Of a stretch of DNA of 64,000 bases, positions 53,341 to 64,000 are shown in pieces. Location of the stretch: the NCBI GenBank assembly GCA_034520945.1, contig JAXHNB010000006.1:922677-986676 (forward strand). The letters run 5' to 3'. The notes under the pieces were generated by a model. That model was given only the letters and a program-made list of their open reading frames with translations, did not search any database and was not told the DNA's origin. How positions within the stretch are numbered: position 1 is the stretch's first letter; each line of letters begins with the position of its first letter. The stretch is from Trueperaceae bacterium. Lineage in GTDB: Bacteria > Deinococcota > Deinococci > Deinococcales > Trueperaceae. A program made the position numbers and the translations under genes.

Positions 53341-53637
53341 ATGGCCCCGATGGCCGCGATCGGCAGAATCGAGATCAACATCGACCGGACCTTCACCCGC
53401 GATTTTCCGCACGACACCCACGCCGAAGCCATCGTTCGGGCCATCGACGCGGTGGCCGAGACGCTCGGTGCTGACACGGTCGTCGAAGGAATCGAACTGC
53501 CCGAGGTCCGCGACACCCTCCTCGACTTTAGTTGCGTCTACGGCCAGGACTACTTCTACAACTTCCCCCTGGCCGAAGAGGACTTCCGGTGGCTCCTGCG
53601 GCAACTGCCCCCCTTCCCCTCCGAGCGGCTTGAATAG
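53341..53637 (+). pseudogene. C-terminal fragment of an EAL phosphodiesterase domain
   Basis: INIDRTFT...IVRAI..VAETLG..TVVEGIE...GQDYFY..P matches the decayed KIDRSF...VAEGVE...QGY pattern; N-terminus absent. Confidence 0.8.
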
Positions 53638-53690
53638 GATCCGCGCGTCGTTCGACGGCGGGAGGCGCCACGGCGCGGGTACGCTGAGGC

Positions 53691-54045
53691 GTGCAACGTG
53701 GTGCAGGCGGTCCTGAAGTTCCCACCGTGCGTTCCTTCCGCGACGCCGTCGGCGCGGTGGTCCGCTCGGTGCCGCCCTGGCCGCGTCACCACCTACGGCC
53801 AGGTCGCCCTATGGGCGGGACGGCCGGGCGCCGCCCGGCAGGTGGGGGCGGCGCTACGGGGCCTGGCGCGGCAGGATCCGAACTTCCCCTGGCAACGCGT
53901 CATCAACGCCCGCGGGGGGATCAGCACCTACCGCGTCGGTGCCGGGGAGCTGCAGGAGGCCCTGCTGCGGCGCGAGGGGGTCGAGGTGAGGGACGGCCGT
54001 GTGGACCTGCGGCGTTACGCCTTCTGGCCCGGCCAGCCCGGTTGA
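53691..54045 (+). CDS. Alkyltransferase-like (Atl/YbaZ, MGMT family) protein, frameshift at ~53775-53777
   Basis: SFRDAVGAVVRSVPP + GRVTTYGQVA...AARQVG...PWQRVINARG (Trp in place of the catalytic Cys, Atl type). Confidence 0.88.
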
Positions 54046-54105
54046 CCCAGGGCTGCGGCTACCACGCAGAGGCAGGGTGGACGCTGCGCGTGAGCGCACG
54101 CCGGT

Positions 54106-54939
54106 TCACCCGATGTGCACGTCCTCGCCCGCCAACGCGTACACCACCACGCGCCGGTCCACGCGACGGTAGAACGGCCCCACCCGCACCGTGAGTCGCA
54201 CCCAGATGCCGCCGTGCTCGCGGAGGTTCCGGGCCATGTGCCCGAACCCCGGCACCAACCAGGCGAGCGCACCGAACAGCGACGCCTGCAGCTCCGCCAT
54301 CACGTCCCGCAGGCCCGCCGCGGGGAACGGTGCGATGAACCCTGCCTCGAACAGGCTGGCGCGCCGGCCCGGAAGGGTGGTGCCGCGCACCATGCGGTGT
54401 TTCGCCAGGCTGCGCGTGCGCGTCTGGATCTGCGTTTCGCCGCGACGCCCCTGTCGGCGGTGGTAGGTGTTCTCGAGCAGTTCCAGCGTCACGTTCACGC
54501 CGCGGGTGCGCACGTAGGGCACCACGCGCGCATCGGCGGTGATCTCCTGCCCGGCGGGGGCGCGCTCGGGGATCTCCAGCGCGACCTCGTGGAAGGTGCG
54601 TTCGGTCGCGGCCTGATTCACGGCCGCCAGGGTCGCGCCGAGCGACAGGGCCACCTGGATCGCCTGGGCGGGGGCGACCATGGAGAGCCAGGGCGCGACG
54701 TCGGGGCGGAGCAACAACGTGGCGCCCAACAGCGCCAGCCCGCCGTGGAGCAGCGCCAGCCACGCCGAGGGGCGCTCGAACCAGCCGGGCTGGGGTGGGA
54801 CGTCCAGCGGGGGGTTCTCCAGCCAGCGTCGGGCCACCCCGCAGCGATCGCAGGTCGCGCCGGCTTCGTTGGGGTAGCCGCAGGCACCGCACGTCCAGGT
54901 GGGGGACGTGGGTGCCGCCGGCCCTGGTGCGGCGTCCAT
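54106..54939 (-). CDS. Membrane protein with N-terminal RanBP2-like zinc ribbon
   Basis: WTCGACGYPN...CDRCG, two TM helices; TATCCT 6 nt upstream. Confidence 0.75.
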   Translation of the reverse strand: MDAAPGPAAPTSPTWTCGACGYPNEAGATCDRCGVARRWLENPPLDVPPQPGWFERPSAWLALLHGGLALLGATLLLRPDVAPWLSMVAPAQAIQVALSLGATLAAVNQAATERTFHEVALEIPERAPAGQEITADARVVPYVRTRGVNVTLELLENTYHRRQGRRGETQIQTRTRSLAKHRMVRGTTLPGRRASLFEAGFIAPFPAAGLRDVMAELQASLFGALAWLVPGFGHMARNLREHGGIWVRLTVRVGPFYRRVDRRVVVYALAGEDVHIG

Positions 54940-55009
54940 GCCGTGAGGATACCGGGCGCGTCCGGGGACGCGTCCGTGAATTCGCACCAAGAGCAGGTAG
55001 CATGGCGCC

Positions 55010-56157
55010 ATGGACGCAGTGAGCCCCACCACCGATCTTGCGCGGGCGCTGGTCCGTGCCGAGAGCCCCTCCGGCGCCGAAGGTCCCGCGGCGCAGGTCT
55101 TGTTGGGCGCCTTCCACCGCTTCGGGTTCGACCGGGCCTGGCTGGACGAGGCCGGCAACGCCATCGGCGTGTACGAGCGGGGCGAGGGGCCTTCGGTGAT
55201 GCTGAACGGTCACCTGGATACCGTGCCGGTCGGGGACGAATCGGCGTGGCCGTACCCGCCGTTGTCGGGCGAGATCGCGGACGGCCGCCTGTGGGGACGG
55301 GGCACCTCGGACATGAAGAGCAGCCTGGCGTGCATGACCGTGGCCGCGGCCGCCGCGGCCGAGCGGGGGTTCCGCGGCACCCTCACCGTGGCGGGCGTGG
55401 TGCAGGAGGAGGTCGGGGGGCTGGGCGCGCGCTGGCTGGGGGAGACCACCTCGCCGGACGTGGTGATCCTGGGCGAGCCCAGCAAACTGGCGTACAAGCT
55501 GGGGCACCGCGGGCGGGTCGAGGTGGACGTGCACCTGCCGGGCCGCATCGCGCACGCCGCCAAGGCGGAACTCGGGCGCAACGCCCTGTACCGCGCGGCG
55601 CACTGGTTGGCCAAGCTGGAGGCGCTTTCGTTGCCCGAAGGGGGGCCGTTGGGCGCGTCGTCGGCGACGCCGACGCGCCTGCGTTCGTTTCCCGAGGACG
55701 GCGCCAACGTCGTGCCCGGCGAGGCGGTGGTGACGGTCGATTACCGCAACCTGCCGGGCGATCCGCCGGACGAGGTCATGGCGCGCCTGCAGGCGCTGGA
55801 CCCGGACGCCACCCTGAAGCTGACGGAAGAGAACGCGGTCAGCGAGAACGGCGTGGTCGCCCGGACCTTCCCGCGCATCAACCCGGCCTACCTGGTGCCC
55901 GAGGACAGCCCGTGGGTGGCGCGGGGACGTGATTCGCTGCGCCGCATCCTGAGTGATCACGGCGTGCCGTTCGAGGAGGGAACGTGGTGGTTCGCGACCG
56001 ACGCGCCGTTCCTGGCGGAGAGCGGGGCGGTGGTGCTGGGCTTCGGCCCGGGCGAGGAGGAGGTGGCGCACACCAGCCGGGAGAGCGTCCGCCTGGACGC
56101 GTTGGAGGTCGCCACGGACGCGTACGAGCGGCTGGCGTTGGACCTGTTGGGGGCGCC

Positions 56158-56161
<4 letters not shown>
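55010..56161 (+). CDS. M20/ArgE-DapE family metallo-hydrolase
   Basis: NGHLDTV, GRGTSDMK, VQEEVGG, GEP, FGPG..AH..E. Confidence 0.92.
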
Positions 56162-56598
<437 letters not shown>

Positions 56599-56599
56599 G

Positions 56600-57523
56600 G
56601 TGACGCGGCCCGACCATGATCGTGCGCGCCTGCGGGCGGCGCGCCTGAGTCTGGTCGGCGCCGTGGTGGTGCTGGCCCTGAAGGTGATCGCCTGGCTGGC
56701 GACCGGGTCGGTGGGGTTGGCGTCCGACGCTGCGGAGTCGACGGTGAACGTGGTCGCCGGGTTCACGCTGCTGTTGGCGTTGCGGTTGGCCCGCACGCCG
56801 CCCGACTATGAGCACCCCTACGGTCACGAGAAGGTGGAGGACCTGTCCAGTGCGTTCGAGGCGGCGCTGATCCTCGGCGCGGCGCTGCTGATCGCGGGGA
56901 CGGCGGTCGGGCGCCTGATCGACCCGCAACCGCTCGGTCGCATGCAGGTGGGCCTCGGCGTGGCGGCCGCGTCCGCGGCATTGAACGCCGGCCTGGGGGC
57001 GTGGTTGTGGCGGGAGGGGCGCCGCCTGCGCTCGGTCGCGCTTCGCACCAACGCCCGTCACCTCGGCACCGACGTGCTGACCTCGGTGGGGGTGATCATT
57101 GGCGTCGCCGCGGTGGGCGTAACCGGCGTGCTCCGCTTGGACCCGCTGATCGCGCTGGTGGTGGCGGCGCACATCGCCGTGCAGGGGGTGCGGGTGCTGC
57201 AGCGGTCCGTCAGCCAGTTGATGGACGAGCGGTTGCCGCCCGACGAGGAGGCCCGCGTGATCGGTGCGTTGGAGGGCCATCCCGAGATCCTGGGGTATCA
57301 CCGCCTGCGGAGCCGCCGGGCCGGGCGCGCCCGGTTCATGGAGGTGGACGTGTTCGTGGCGCCCACCATGCCGGTCGCCGACGCCCATGCGTTGGTGGAG
57401 CGCGTGGAGGACGAGATTCGCCGCGCCCTGCCGAACCTGGTGTCGACGGTGCACGTCGAGCCGTTCGTGCCGGGGGTGCGGGAGGGCGCGACCGCTCCGC
57501 GCGACGAGTACCCGCCCGACTGA
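56600..57523 (+). CDS. Cation diffusion facilitator (FieF-like)
   Basis: GSVGLASDAAES, PPDYEHPYGHEKVE, HLGTDVLTS, LDP, VHVEP. Confidence 0.95.
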   Translation: MTRPDHDRARLRAARLSLVGAVVVLALKVIAWLATGSVGLASDAAESTVNVVAGFTLLLALRLARTPPDYEHPYGHEKVEDLSSAFEAALILGAALLIAGTAVGRLIDPQPLGRMQVGLGVAAASAALNAGLGAWLWREGRRLRSVALRTNARHLGTDVLTSVGVIIGVAAVGVTGVLRLDPLIALVVAAHIAVQGVRVLQRSVSQLMDERLPPDEEARVIGALEGHPEILGYHRLRSRRAGRARFMEVDVFVAPTMPVADAHALVERVEDEIRRALPNLVSTVHVEPFVPGVREGATAPRDEYPPD

Positions 57524-57537
57524 CCTGCCGGTCGGCT

Positions 57538-58488
57538 TCAGTCGAGCGGCTTCAGCCCGGCCAGGATGCGGTCGCGTTGCGGCTCCAGGAACGGTGGGAG
57601 CACCACGCGTTCGCCCAGGTGCTCCACGTCCTCGTCCACGGCGAAGCCGGGACCGTCGGTGGCCAACTCGAACAGGATGCCGTTCGGTTCCCGGAAGTAC
57701 AGGCTGCGGAACCAGAACCGGTCGACCGGCCCGCTGTTGGGAACGTTCATGCGGGACAGCCGGTCGGCCCAATCCTGGTAGGCGTGGTCCGGGACGCGGA
57801 ACGCGACGTGATGCACCCCGCCGGCGCCGGGGCGGGCCGGCGGCAGGTCCGGGGCGATGTCGAGGTGCAGTTCGGCGTGCGGGCCGGCGGCGTCGCCCAT
57901 GGCGTGCACGCGCACCTCGCGCCCGTCCTCTTCGTAGCTGCGCAGGTGGCGCATGCCCAGCACCCGTTCCAGCACCGTTTCGGTCGGCGCGGCCTCCGGC
58001 ACGGTGGCGCGGATGGGGCCGAGCCCGCGAATCTGGCGCCCTTCGGGGACCGGCGCGTCCCCCCACGGCACGGGCGGGTCGCCCGCCCCGTCGTCGACGG
58101 TGAGGGAGAGGCGTTGCCCCTCCGGATCCTCGAAGTCGAGGACGGCCCGGCCGTCCCGCTCGCTCGGATCGGCCGTGCGTACGCCGTGGGTACGGAGTCG
58201 TTCGTCCCAGTAGCGCAGCGTTTCCTCGTCCCGCACGCGCAGGCCGGTGCGGGTGATCACCCGAGAGCCCCGGCGTTCCGGCGGCGCCTCGAAGTCGAAG
58301 AACGTGAGGTCAGTGCCGGGCGAGCCGGCCCCATCGGCGTAGAACAGGTGGTACGCGGACACCTGATCCTGGTTCACGCTGCGCTTGACCAGGCGCATGC
58401 CCAGCACGTCCGTGTAGAAGCGCACGTTCTGCCGAATGTCGGCCGAGACGGCGGTCAGGTGATGAATGCCGTGGGGTGTCATCGTCAT
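57538..58488 (-). CDS. VOC/glyoxalase ring-cleaving dioxygenase (MhqO-like)
   Basis: [58 protein letters not shown]. Confidence 0.93.
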   Translation of the reverse strand: MTMTPHGIHHLTAVSADIRQNVRFYTDVLGMRLVKRSVNQDQVSAYHLFYADGAGSPGTDLTFFDFEAPPERRGSRVITRTGLRVRDEETLRYWDERLRTHGVRTADPSERDGRAVLDFEDPEGQRLSLTVDDGAGDPPVPWGDAPVPEGRQIRGLGPIRATVPEAAPTETVLERVLGMRHLRSYEEDGREVRVHAMGDAAGPHAELHLDIAPDLPPARPGAGGVHHVAFRVPDHAYQDWADRLSRMNVPNSGPVDRFWFRSLYFREPNGILFELATDGPGFAVDEDVEHLGERVVLPPFLEPQRDRILAGLKPLD

Positions 58489-58594
58489 CGAGGTTCCTCG
58501 CTCCCTCTCGGCAGCTTCGCCCGGCTGCCCGGCGTCGCGCGGCGCCGGGACGACGCGAGGGGCCGCCCGCCTACGGTGCGCGCGGTGGGGTCGT

Positions 58595-59215
58595 TCAGGG
58601 GGCGGCGGCCGGGAACGGCTTGGACACCCAGGCGTCGTCGCCGTCGCCGAAGCGCAACGGCGCGTCGGCCCAGTCCTTCGCGTAGGCGACGCCGATGCGC
58701 GGTCCCACCCGCACCCGCGCCGGTGCCGGGCCGGGCTCGATGCGGATGGGGCCGTGCGTCAGGTCGCTCCGGTCGTAGCGGCGGTCGATCCCCAGGGCAC
58801 GCGTCAACAGGCCTGGGCCGCGCGTACGGGCGTCGAAGTTCAGCGGTCGGACCGCGCGCACCAGCACGGCGTGGGGGTCGCCCGGTTCCGAGGCCACCAC
58901 GTTGAACAGCTCGTGCATGCCGTAGACCAGGTACACGTATGCCGTGCCGGGGGGACCGTACAGGCTCTCCGTCCGTTTGGTGCGCCCCCGGTTGGCGTGA
59001 CAGGCCCGGTCCTCCTCGCCGAGGTAGGCCTCCGTCTCGGTGATACGGGCCCGCAGCGGCTCCCCGCCGTCGTGCGGCACGACCAGCACGCAGCCGAGCA
59101 GGCGGCGCGCCAGGACGTCGGCGTGGGCGCGGTACGCCTCGCGGGGAAGGGGGGCGACGTCGCGCGGCGCGGCGTGGCCCGTGACCGCGGCGGGTTCGCT
59201 GGGGTCGGTCATCAC
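58595..59215 (-). CDS. mpg: DNA-3-methyladenine glycosylase (MPG/AAG type)
   Basis: [46 protein letters not shown]. Confidence 0.93.
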   Translation of the reverse strand: MMTDPSEPAAVTGHAAPRDVAPLPREAYRAHADVLARRLLGCVLVVPHDGGEPLRARITETEAYLGEEDRACHANRGRTKRTESLYGPPGTAYVYLVYGMHELFNVVASEPGDPHAVLVRAVRPLNFDARTRGPGLLTRALGIDRRYDRSDLTHGPIRIEPGPAPARVRVGPRIGVAYAKDWADAPLRFGDGDDAWVSKPFPAAAP

Positions 59216-60471
59216 CCGAAGTGCGGCGCCAGGGGGACGACGTCGACCGGGTCGCCCACCTCCAGGCGAGCATGGGGCGGGAGGATCGCCAGCGCGTTGG
59301 CCTGCGTCAGGGTGCGCAGCACGCCGGAGTTCTGCGGTCCGGCGCTGCGCGCGGTCAAGCGTCCCGCCTCGCGGGCGAGGGTGACGCGCGCCAACGTGGT
59401 CTTGCCGCCCGCCGCGGCCAGCGGTTCGCCGGCGTCGGCGGGGATGCGGGTGTGAAAGGGCAACGGCCCCTCACGACCGGACGCCCGGTCGATCCAGGCG
59501 CGCGCCAGGACCACGAAGGTGACGAGCGCCGACACCGGGTTGCCGGGCAGCGCCAGCCAGGCCACGTCCCGCAGGTGGGCGAAGGTGGCGGGCCCCCCCG
59601 GCTTGAGGCGGACGCGGCGGAACACCAGCTCGCCCTCCCTCTCCAACAGGTCACGCACCAGGTCGGCGCGTCCCGCGGAGATGCCGCCGCAGCTAATGAA
59701 CAGATCGGGTGGATTCGCGCCGGTGAGGGCGGCGTCGACGGCCTCCTCCAGGGCGCCGCCCCGGTCCCCGACGCGGGGCAGGAGCGTCGGCCGTGCGCCC
59801 GCCACCCGAGCCAGGGCCTCCAATGCCGGGCCGTTGCCGTCGTACACCTCGCCCGGCGCCAGGGTTCCGCCCGGCGTCACCAACTCGTCGCCGGTCGGCA
59901 GGATCGCCACGCGGGGGGTGGGTCGAACCTGCACCGTGTCGTGGCCCATGGTGGCGGCCAGCCCGAGCGCCGCCGCGTCGATCCGCCGCCCCGCCGGCAA
60001 GCCCACCGCGCCGGCCTCGAGGTCCTGCCCGGCAGCGCGGATCGCCTCCGCACGCGCCGGGGCGAACACCTTCACCACCTCGCCCTCTTCGCGGAGCGTC
60101 TCGACGGGCACGATGCCGTCCGCGCCCTCTGGGACGGCGGCGCCGGTCATGATTCGGATCGCTTCGCCCGCGCTGAGCCGCCCGTCGAACGGCCGGCCGG
60201 CGTGGGACGTCCCGATCAGGCGCAGCGTCGCCGGCGACGCCTCGCTGGCGTCCCGCGTGTCCGCCACGCGGCAGGCGATCCCGTCCAGCGCGGCGTCGTC
60301 CACGTTGGGGTGCGCGTCGCGCGCCCGCACGTCCTGGGCCAGGACGCGCCCGTGCGCCTGGCCCAGGAGAACCGGCTCCGCCGCGCCGGCGTGCGCGTCG
60401 GCCCACGCATGGCCGAACGCCTCCAGGCGCGCGGAGGCGGTCTCGACCGGCACGTCGTACGCGTCCTTCAT
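59212..60471 (-). CDS. moeA: Molybdopterin molybdotransferase
   Basis: GRVLAQDV, ALDGIA, IMTGAAVP, PTGDEL, GGISAG, KPGGP, LPGNPVSA. Confidence 0.95.
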   Translation of the reverse strand: MKDAYDVPVETASARLEAFGHAWADAHAGAAEPVLLGQAHGRVLAQDVRARDAHPNVDDAALDGIACRVADTRDASEASPATLRLIGTSHAGRPFDGRLSAGEAIRIMTGAAVPEGADGIVPVETLREEGEVVKVFAPARAEAIRAAGQDLEAGAVGLPAGRRIDAAALGLAATMGHDTVQVRPTPRVAILPTGDELVTPGGTLAPGEVYDGNGPALEALARVAGARPTLLPRVGDRGGALEEAVDAALTGANPPDLFISCGGISAGRADLVRDLLEREGELVFRRVRLKPGGPATFAHLRDVAWLALPGNPVSALVTFVVLARAWIDRASGREGPLPFHTRIPADAGEPLAAAGGKTTLARVTLAREAGRLTARSAGPQNSGVLRTLTQANALAILPPHARLEVGDPVDVVPLAPHFG

Positions 60472-60503
60472 GGGCTGCATGCTAGCAGGGCGCTCGCGCA
60501 CGC

Positions 60504-61037
60504 TCAGAGCTGCCCGTCCGCGTCGGGCGTGGCCGCAGCCGCATCGAAGACGAGCTGGTTGCCCCCCACCACCCGCATGCCGCGCCCGTCCCAGCCCGCG
60601 TAGCTATAGAAGCGCCCGGGCGTCCGGTCCCGCAGGTAGGCGGCCAGGGGTTCGCGCAACGGCGGAATCGGGATGGTCCGCTCGATCTCCTCGACCGGCA
60701 CGAACTTGGCCTCGACGATGAACCCGTCCGGGTCGCGCGGGTTCAACAACCCCTCGTACGCGGCGACGAACGCGAAGCTGATGGCACGGTCGTTGCGGCG
60801 CCGATCCTCGACGTGCACGGCGTACGCCAAATGCTCGATGCGCGTGATGTACAGGCCGGTCTCCTCGACCACCTCGCGGCTCAAGGCGTCCAGGGTGGAT
60901 TCGAAGCGTTCCACCACGCCGCCGGGCAGCGTGTAGCGGACGTGTCCGTGTCCTTGCCAGTCGTTGCCGACGAGCAGCACCCGCCCCTGCGCATCGAGCA
61001 GGATCGCCGCGGCAACGACGAACTCACGCCGAGCCAC
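60504..61037 (-). CDS. NUDIX hydrolase
   Basis: LPGGVVERFESTLDALSREVVEETG. Confidence 0.92.
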   Translation of the reverse strand: MARREFVVAAAILLDAQGRVLLVGNDWQGHGHVRYTLPGGVVERFESTLDALSREVVEETGLYITRIEHLAYAVHVEDRRRNDRAISFAFVAAYEGLLNPRDPDGFIVEAKFVPVEEIERTIPIPPLREPLAAYLRDRTPGRFYSYAGWDGRGMRVVGGNQLVFDAAAATPDADGQL

Positions 61038-62133
61038 CGGCGCCTACGACCGGCGAACGATCGTTCGCGGCCGTTCGTGCGAGGCGTTCGGCGCGTTCCT
61101 CCGCGGCGAGCGCCTCGATCACCTCGTCCAGGTCGCCCGCCAGCACCTGCTGCAGGTTATGGGTGGTGAAGCCGATTCGGTGGTCCGTCACGCGCGACTG
61201 CGGCACGTTGTAGGTTCGGACCTTCTCGGAGCGGTCGCCGGTGCCGATCTGCACCAGCCGCGCCTCGCGTGCTTCGCGTTGCGCGCGGACCCGCTCGCGC
61301 TCCAGCAGACGGGCCCGCAGGACGGTGAGCGCCTTCTCCTTGTTCTTGTGCTGGCTTTTGCCGTCCTGGCAGGTGACGACGATCTCGTCATCGGTGCCGG
61401 GCGCGTAGGTGATCCGCACCGCCGAGTCGGTGGTGTTCACCGACTGTCCGCCGGGACCCGACGCGCGAAACACGTCCACGCGGTAGTCCGAGGGCGAGAG
61501 GTCGACGTCGACGTCTTCCGCCTTGGGCAGCACCGCGACCGTGACGGTGCTGGTGTGGATGCGGCCCTGCGTTTCGGTCTCGGGGACGCGCTGCACGCGG
61601 TGCACGCCGGACTCGAACTTGTAGAACGCGTACGCGCCACGGCCGTGGACCTCGAACGACACCTTGGACAACCCCCCGACCTCGGTGGACGAACTGTCGA
61701 GCAGGTCGACGGTGAAGCCGTGCCGCTCGGCGTAGCGGCGGTACGCCTCCAGCAGTTCGCGGGCGAACAGCGACGCCTCGTCGCCGCCTGCGGCGGCGCG
61801 AATCTCGATGATGACGTCCTTGTCGTCGTAGGGGTCGCGGGGCATGAGGAGCGTGCGAAGCTCCGCTTCGACGGCCTCCCGTTCGGGCTCCAAGCGCGCC
61901 AGCTCCTCGCGCGCGACGTCCGTGAACTCGGGATCGTCCTCGAGTTCACGAGCCTGTTCGATCGAGGTCAAGAGCGCGCGATAGCGCCGGGCCACCTCGA
62001 CGATCGGTCTTAGATCGCCGTAGCGTTGCGACACCTCCCGGTAGCGGGACGTGTCGGCCAGCAACGCCGGGTCGGCCAGCGCGCGCTCGAGCTCCTCGAA
62101 CTCGTCCTGGATGCGTTGCAGTGAGGAGATCAT
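61024..62133 (-). CDS. prfA: Peptide chain release factor 1
   Basis: AGGDEA, ESGVHRVQRVPETE (PxT), GPGGQSVNTTDSAVR, RSEKVRTYN. Confidence 0.98.
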   Translation of the reverse strand: MISSLQRIQDEFEELERALADPALLADTSRYREVSQRYGDLRPIVEVARRYRALLTSIEQARELEDDPEFTDVAREELARLEPEREAVEAELRTLLMPRDPYDDKDVIIEIRAAAGGDEASLFARELLEAYRRYAERHGFTVDLLDSSSTEVGGLSKVSFEVHGRGAYAFYKFESGVHRVQRVPETETQGRIHTSTVTVAVLPKAEDVDVDLSPSDYRVDVFRASGPGGQSVNTTDSAVRITYAPGTDDEIVVTCQDGKSQHKNKEKALTVLRARLLERERVRAQREAREARLVQIGTGDRSEKVRTYNVPQSRVTDHRIGFTTHNLQQVLAGDLDEVIEALAAEERAERLARTAANDRSPVVGAGGSA

Positions 62134-62238
62134 TGCCCCAAGCATAGCGCGCCGCTCGGCGTTCCCGGTGTCTGCCCGTCCCGGCGGTGTCAGCGACGCC
62201 GCACGGCGGTCCCTTGCACGAGACCTCGGGACGTCCCG

Positions 62239-63408
62239 CTACTCCATGGGCACCAATCGGCCCCCTTCCAGGCGGGCCATCACCAGCCCCTCGGCGGTGG
62301 CCGCGGCGGGCTCGCCCGGATGGTAGGTGCCGGCCGCCAACGGCGTCGCCGACATCGACACCAGCCCGTCCCGCAACGCCGTCCGGTAGCGCGCCACGTC
62401 GCTGGGTGCCACGCCGTAGGTGGCGGTCCGCTCGAACGCCATCGCCAGCAAGGCCAGCGCGTCGTGCATCACCGCGCCCGCCGCGTCGTGGCTGCGGGCC
62501 TCCAGGCGGCCGTCCCCCAACGCGCGGGCGTCGGCCTGCCACGAGGCGCGGGGATCGCCTGCAGGCACCGAAGCGGGAAGCGAGGCGGGGGAGAGCGGGA
62601 CCCGCACCTCGCCGCGCAGTCCGGACGGGAGGCCGCCGGCCAACGGATCGGTCAGGGCCGTCGGCAGGTACACCGGCCCGGTCCACCCGCGCCGCCGCAG
62701 CGCGTCGACCGCGCGAACGGTGTCGTCGCGCGTGGCCCACACCACCACGGCGCCGGGCACGCGCGTGGCCAACCACAACGCCTCGGCGGTGAGCGGCTCC
62801 GCCCCCGGCGCGAACCGCGCGTCCTCTACCAGGCGCAGCGTCTCGGTCCCGATCAGGCCCTGAAGGTCGTCGCGCACGGCGTCGCCGTAGGCCCCCTCCA
62901 GCGTGAACAGGCCGATCGAGCGCAGCCCCCGGGCGTACAGGTCGCGCACCATCGCTCGCAGGGAGGCGCGGCGCGACGGGGCCAGCCCCACCTGCCAGCC
63001 TTCGCCGGCCGCGCTGCCGGCGCTGGCGGGGGACAGCAGCAGGATCCGCTCCTCGGCGGCGACGCGCGCCGCGACGTCGCTGGCGCGGGACGTGCTGCAG
63101 CACACCACCGCGTGTGCGCCCGCGTCCGCCGCCTCCTGCACCAGGCGCGAGGCACGGGTCGGATCGCTCGCGTCGCTGCGGACCTCCACGCGCACCTCTT
63201 GGCCAAAAATGCCGCCGCGCTGCCGTTGTCGGACCGCCCAGGCTTCCGCGACGGTGCGTTCCAGCCGCCCCCGCGCCGCCGCGGCGCCCAGGTCGGACAC
63301 GATCACCGTGACGCGAAGCGAAGCGGCGGACGGGTCTTGCTGGGCAGGGGCGGTCGCGCCGGCGAGAAGGAGCAACGCCAGCGCGGCGCGGATGGCTCGA
63401 ATCGGCAT
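62239..63408 (-). CDS. ABC transporter substrate-binding protein (LivJ-like)
   Basis: Signal peptide, GGIFGQEVRVEVRSDASDP..A, IGLF...AYG. Confidence 0.8.
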   Translation of the reverse strand: MPIRAIRAALALLLLAGATAPAQQDPSAASLRVTVIVSDLGAAAARGRLERTVAEAWAVRQRQRGGIFGQEVRVEVRSDASDPTRASRLVQEAADAGAHAVVCCSTSRASDVAARVAAEERILLLSPASAGSAAGEGWQVGLAPSRRASLRAMVRDLYARGLRSIGLFTLEGAYGDAVRDDLQGLIGTETLRLVEDARFAPGAEPLTAEALWLATRVPGAVVVWATRDDTVRAVDALRRRGWTGPVYLPTALTDPLAGGLPSGLRGEVRVPLSPASLPASVPAGDPRASWQADARALGDGRLEARSHDAAGAVMHDALALLAMAFERTATYGVAPSDVARYRTALRDGLVSMSATPLAAGTYHPGEPAAATAEGLVMARLEGGRLVPME

Positions 63409-63461
63409 GCGCCGGTCCTACCCCGAGCGGAGGTGAAGCGCGTGAGGCGCCAGCCTGGCAC

Positions 63462-63896
63462 TCACTCGGGGGCGGCGGCGCGTTGCGCCTTCAACATCTG
63501 CACCAGGCCCTCCAGCATGTCGGTGGTGGTGACGATGCCGATCAGGCGGTCGTCCTCGACGACGGGAAGGGCGCCGATCTTGTTCTCGCGCATGCGGATG
63601 GCGGCCGCCTCGACCGGTTCCTCCGGGCGTGCGGTCAACACCGGCGCGCTCATCACCTCCTGCACGGTGAGACGACTCAGCAGGTAGGCGAGCTCTTGGC
63701 GCGACACGTTGGGCGCCTCGGACGGCGTGGCGGCACGCAGGTCCCGCTCACTCACGAGGCCCAATAGGCGGTCGTCGACGTCCACCACGGGAAGGTGACG
63801 GAAGCCACGCTCCTCCATGCGCCACTCCGCCTCCATCAACGGCGTGTGAGGCGCGACGGTGACGGGGTTGCGCTGCATGAACTCACGCACCAGCAT
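63462..63896 (-). CDS. CBS domain pair protein (AcuB-like)
   Basis: MQRNPVTV, FRHLPVV..LLGLVSERD, KIGALPVV..LIGIVTTTD; AAGGAGG RBS. Confidence 0.92.
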   Translation of the reverse strand: MLVREFMQRNPVTVAPHTPLMEAEWRMEERGFRHLPVVDVDDRLLGLVSERDLRAATPSEAPNVSRQELAYLLSRLTVQEVMSAPVLTARPEEPVEAAAIRMRENKIGALPVVEDDRLIGIVTTTDMLEGLVQMLKAQRAAAPE

Positions 63897-64000
63897 GGGT
63901 CACCTCCTTGCCCTCATTGTAGGCGCGGGACGGCGTTCGTGGCTACGGTCGGGGCGCGATGCGCCGGCTGTCGATCCGGCGCGTCGCCGCGGGTGGGAAT

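Overview
High-GC chromosomal segment, probably Deinococcota (Truepera/Deinococcus-like; inferred from gene content and TANNNT -10 boxes directly before start codons). Left backbone (1-14 kb): T-box-regulated ileS, rho, LysM/M23 peptidase, Rrf2 regulator + cysteine desulfurase, tig-clpP-clpX, four tRNAs and a STAND/TPR regulator. A ~36.3 kb integrative element (14002-50335) sits in tRNA-Pro(TGG), bounded by a perfect 48-bp duplication of the tRNA 3' part. It carries an arm-type tyrosine integrase with candidate arm-binding repeats, an excisionase-like HTH, an NrS-1-type primase-polymerase/SF3 helicase with candidate iterons, orphan cargo, and decayed IS5 and IS1380 elements. It also contains an apparently nested ~15.4 kb defence cassette (TPR-GreAB-PIN protein, type I R-M with an embedded GIY-YIG gene, ankyrin protein, RHH protein, second tyrosine recombinase) bracketed by arm-spacer-arm sites sharing GTTGTCACAAC. 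Right backbone (50.4-64 kb): miaB, NUDIX enzymes, an Atl/MGMT gene with a duplicated 5' end, M20 hydrolase, CDF transporter, VOC dioxygenase, mpg, moeA, prfA, a solute-binding protein and a CBS protein. Four genes have single-base frameshifts at short homopolymers, most likely sequencing errors. All family assignments come from visual motif recognition, not database searches.
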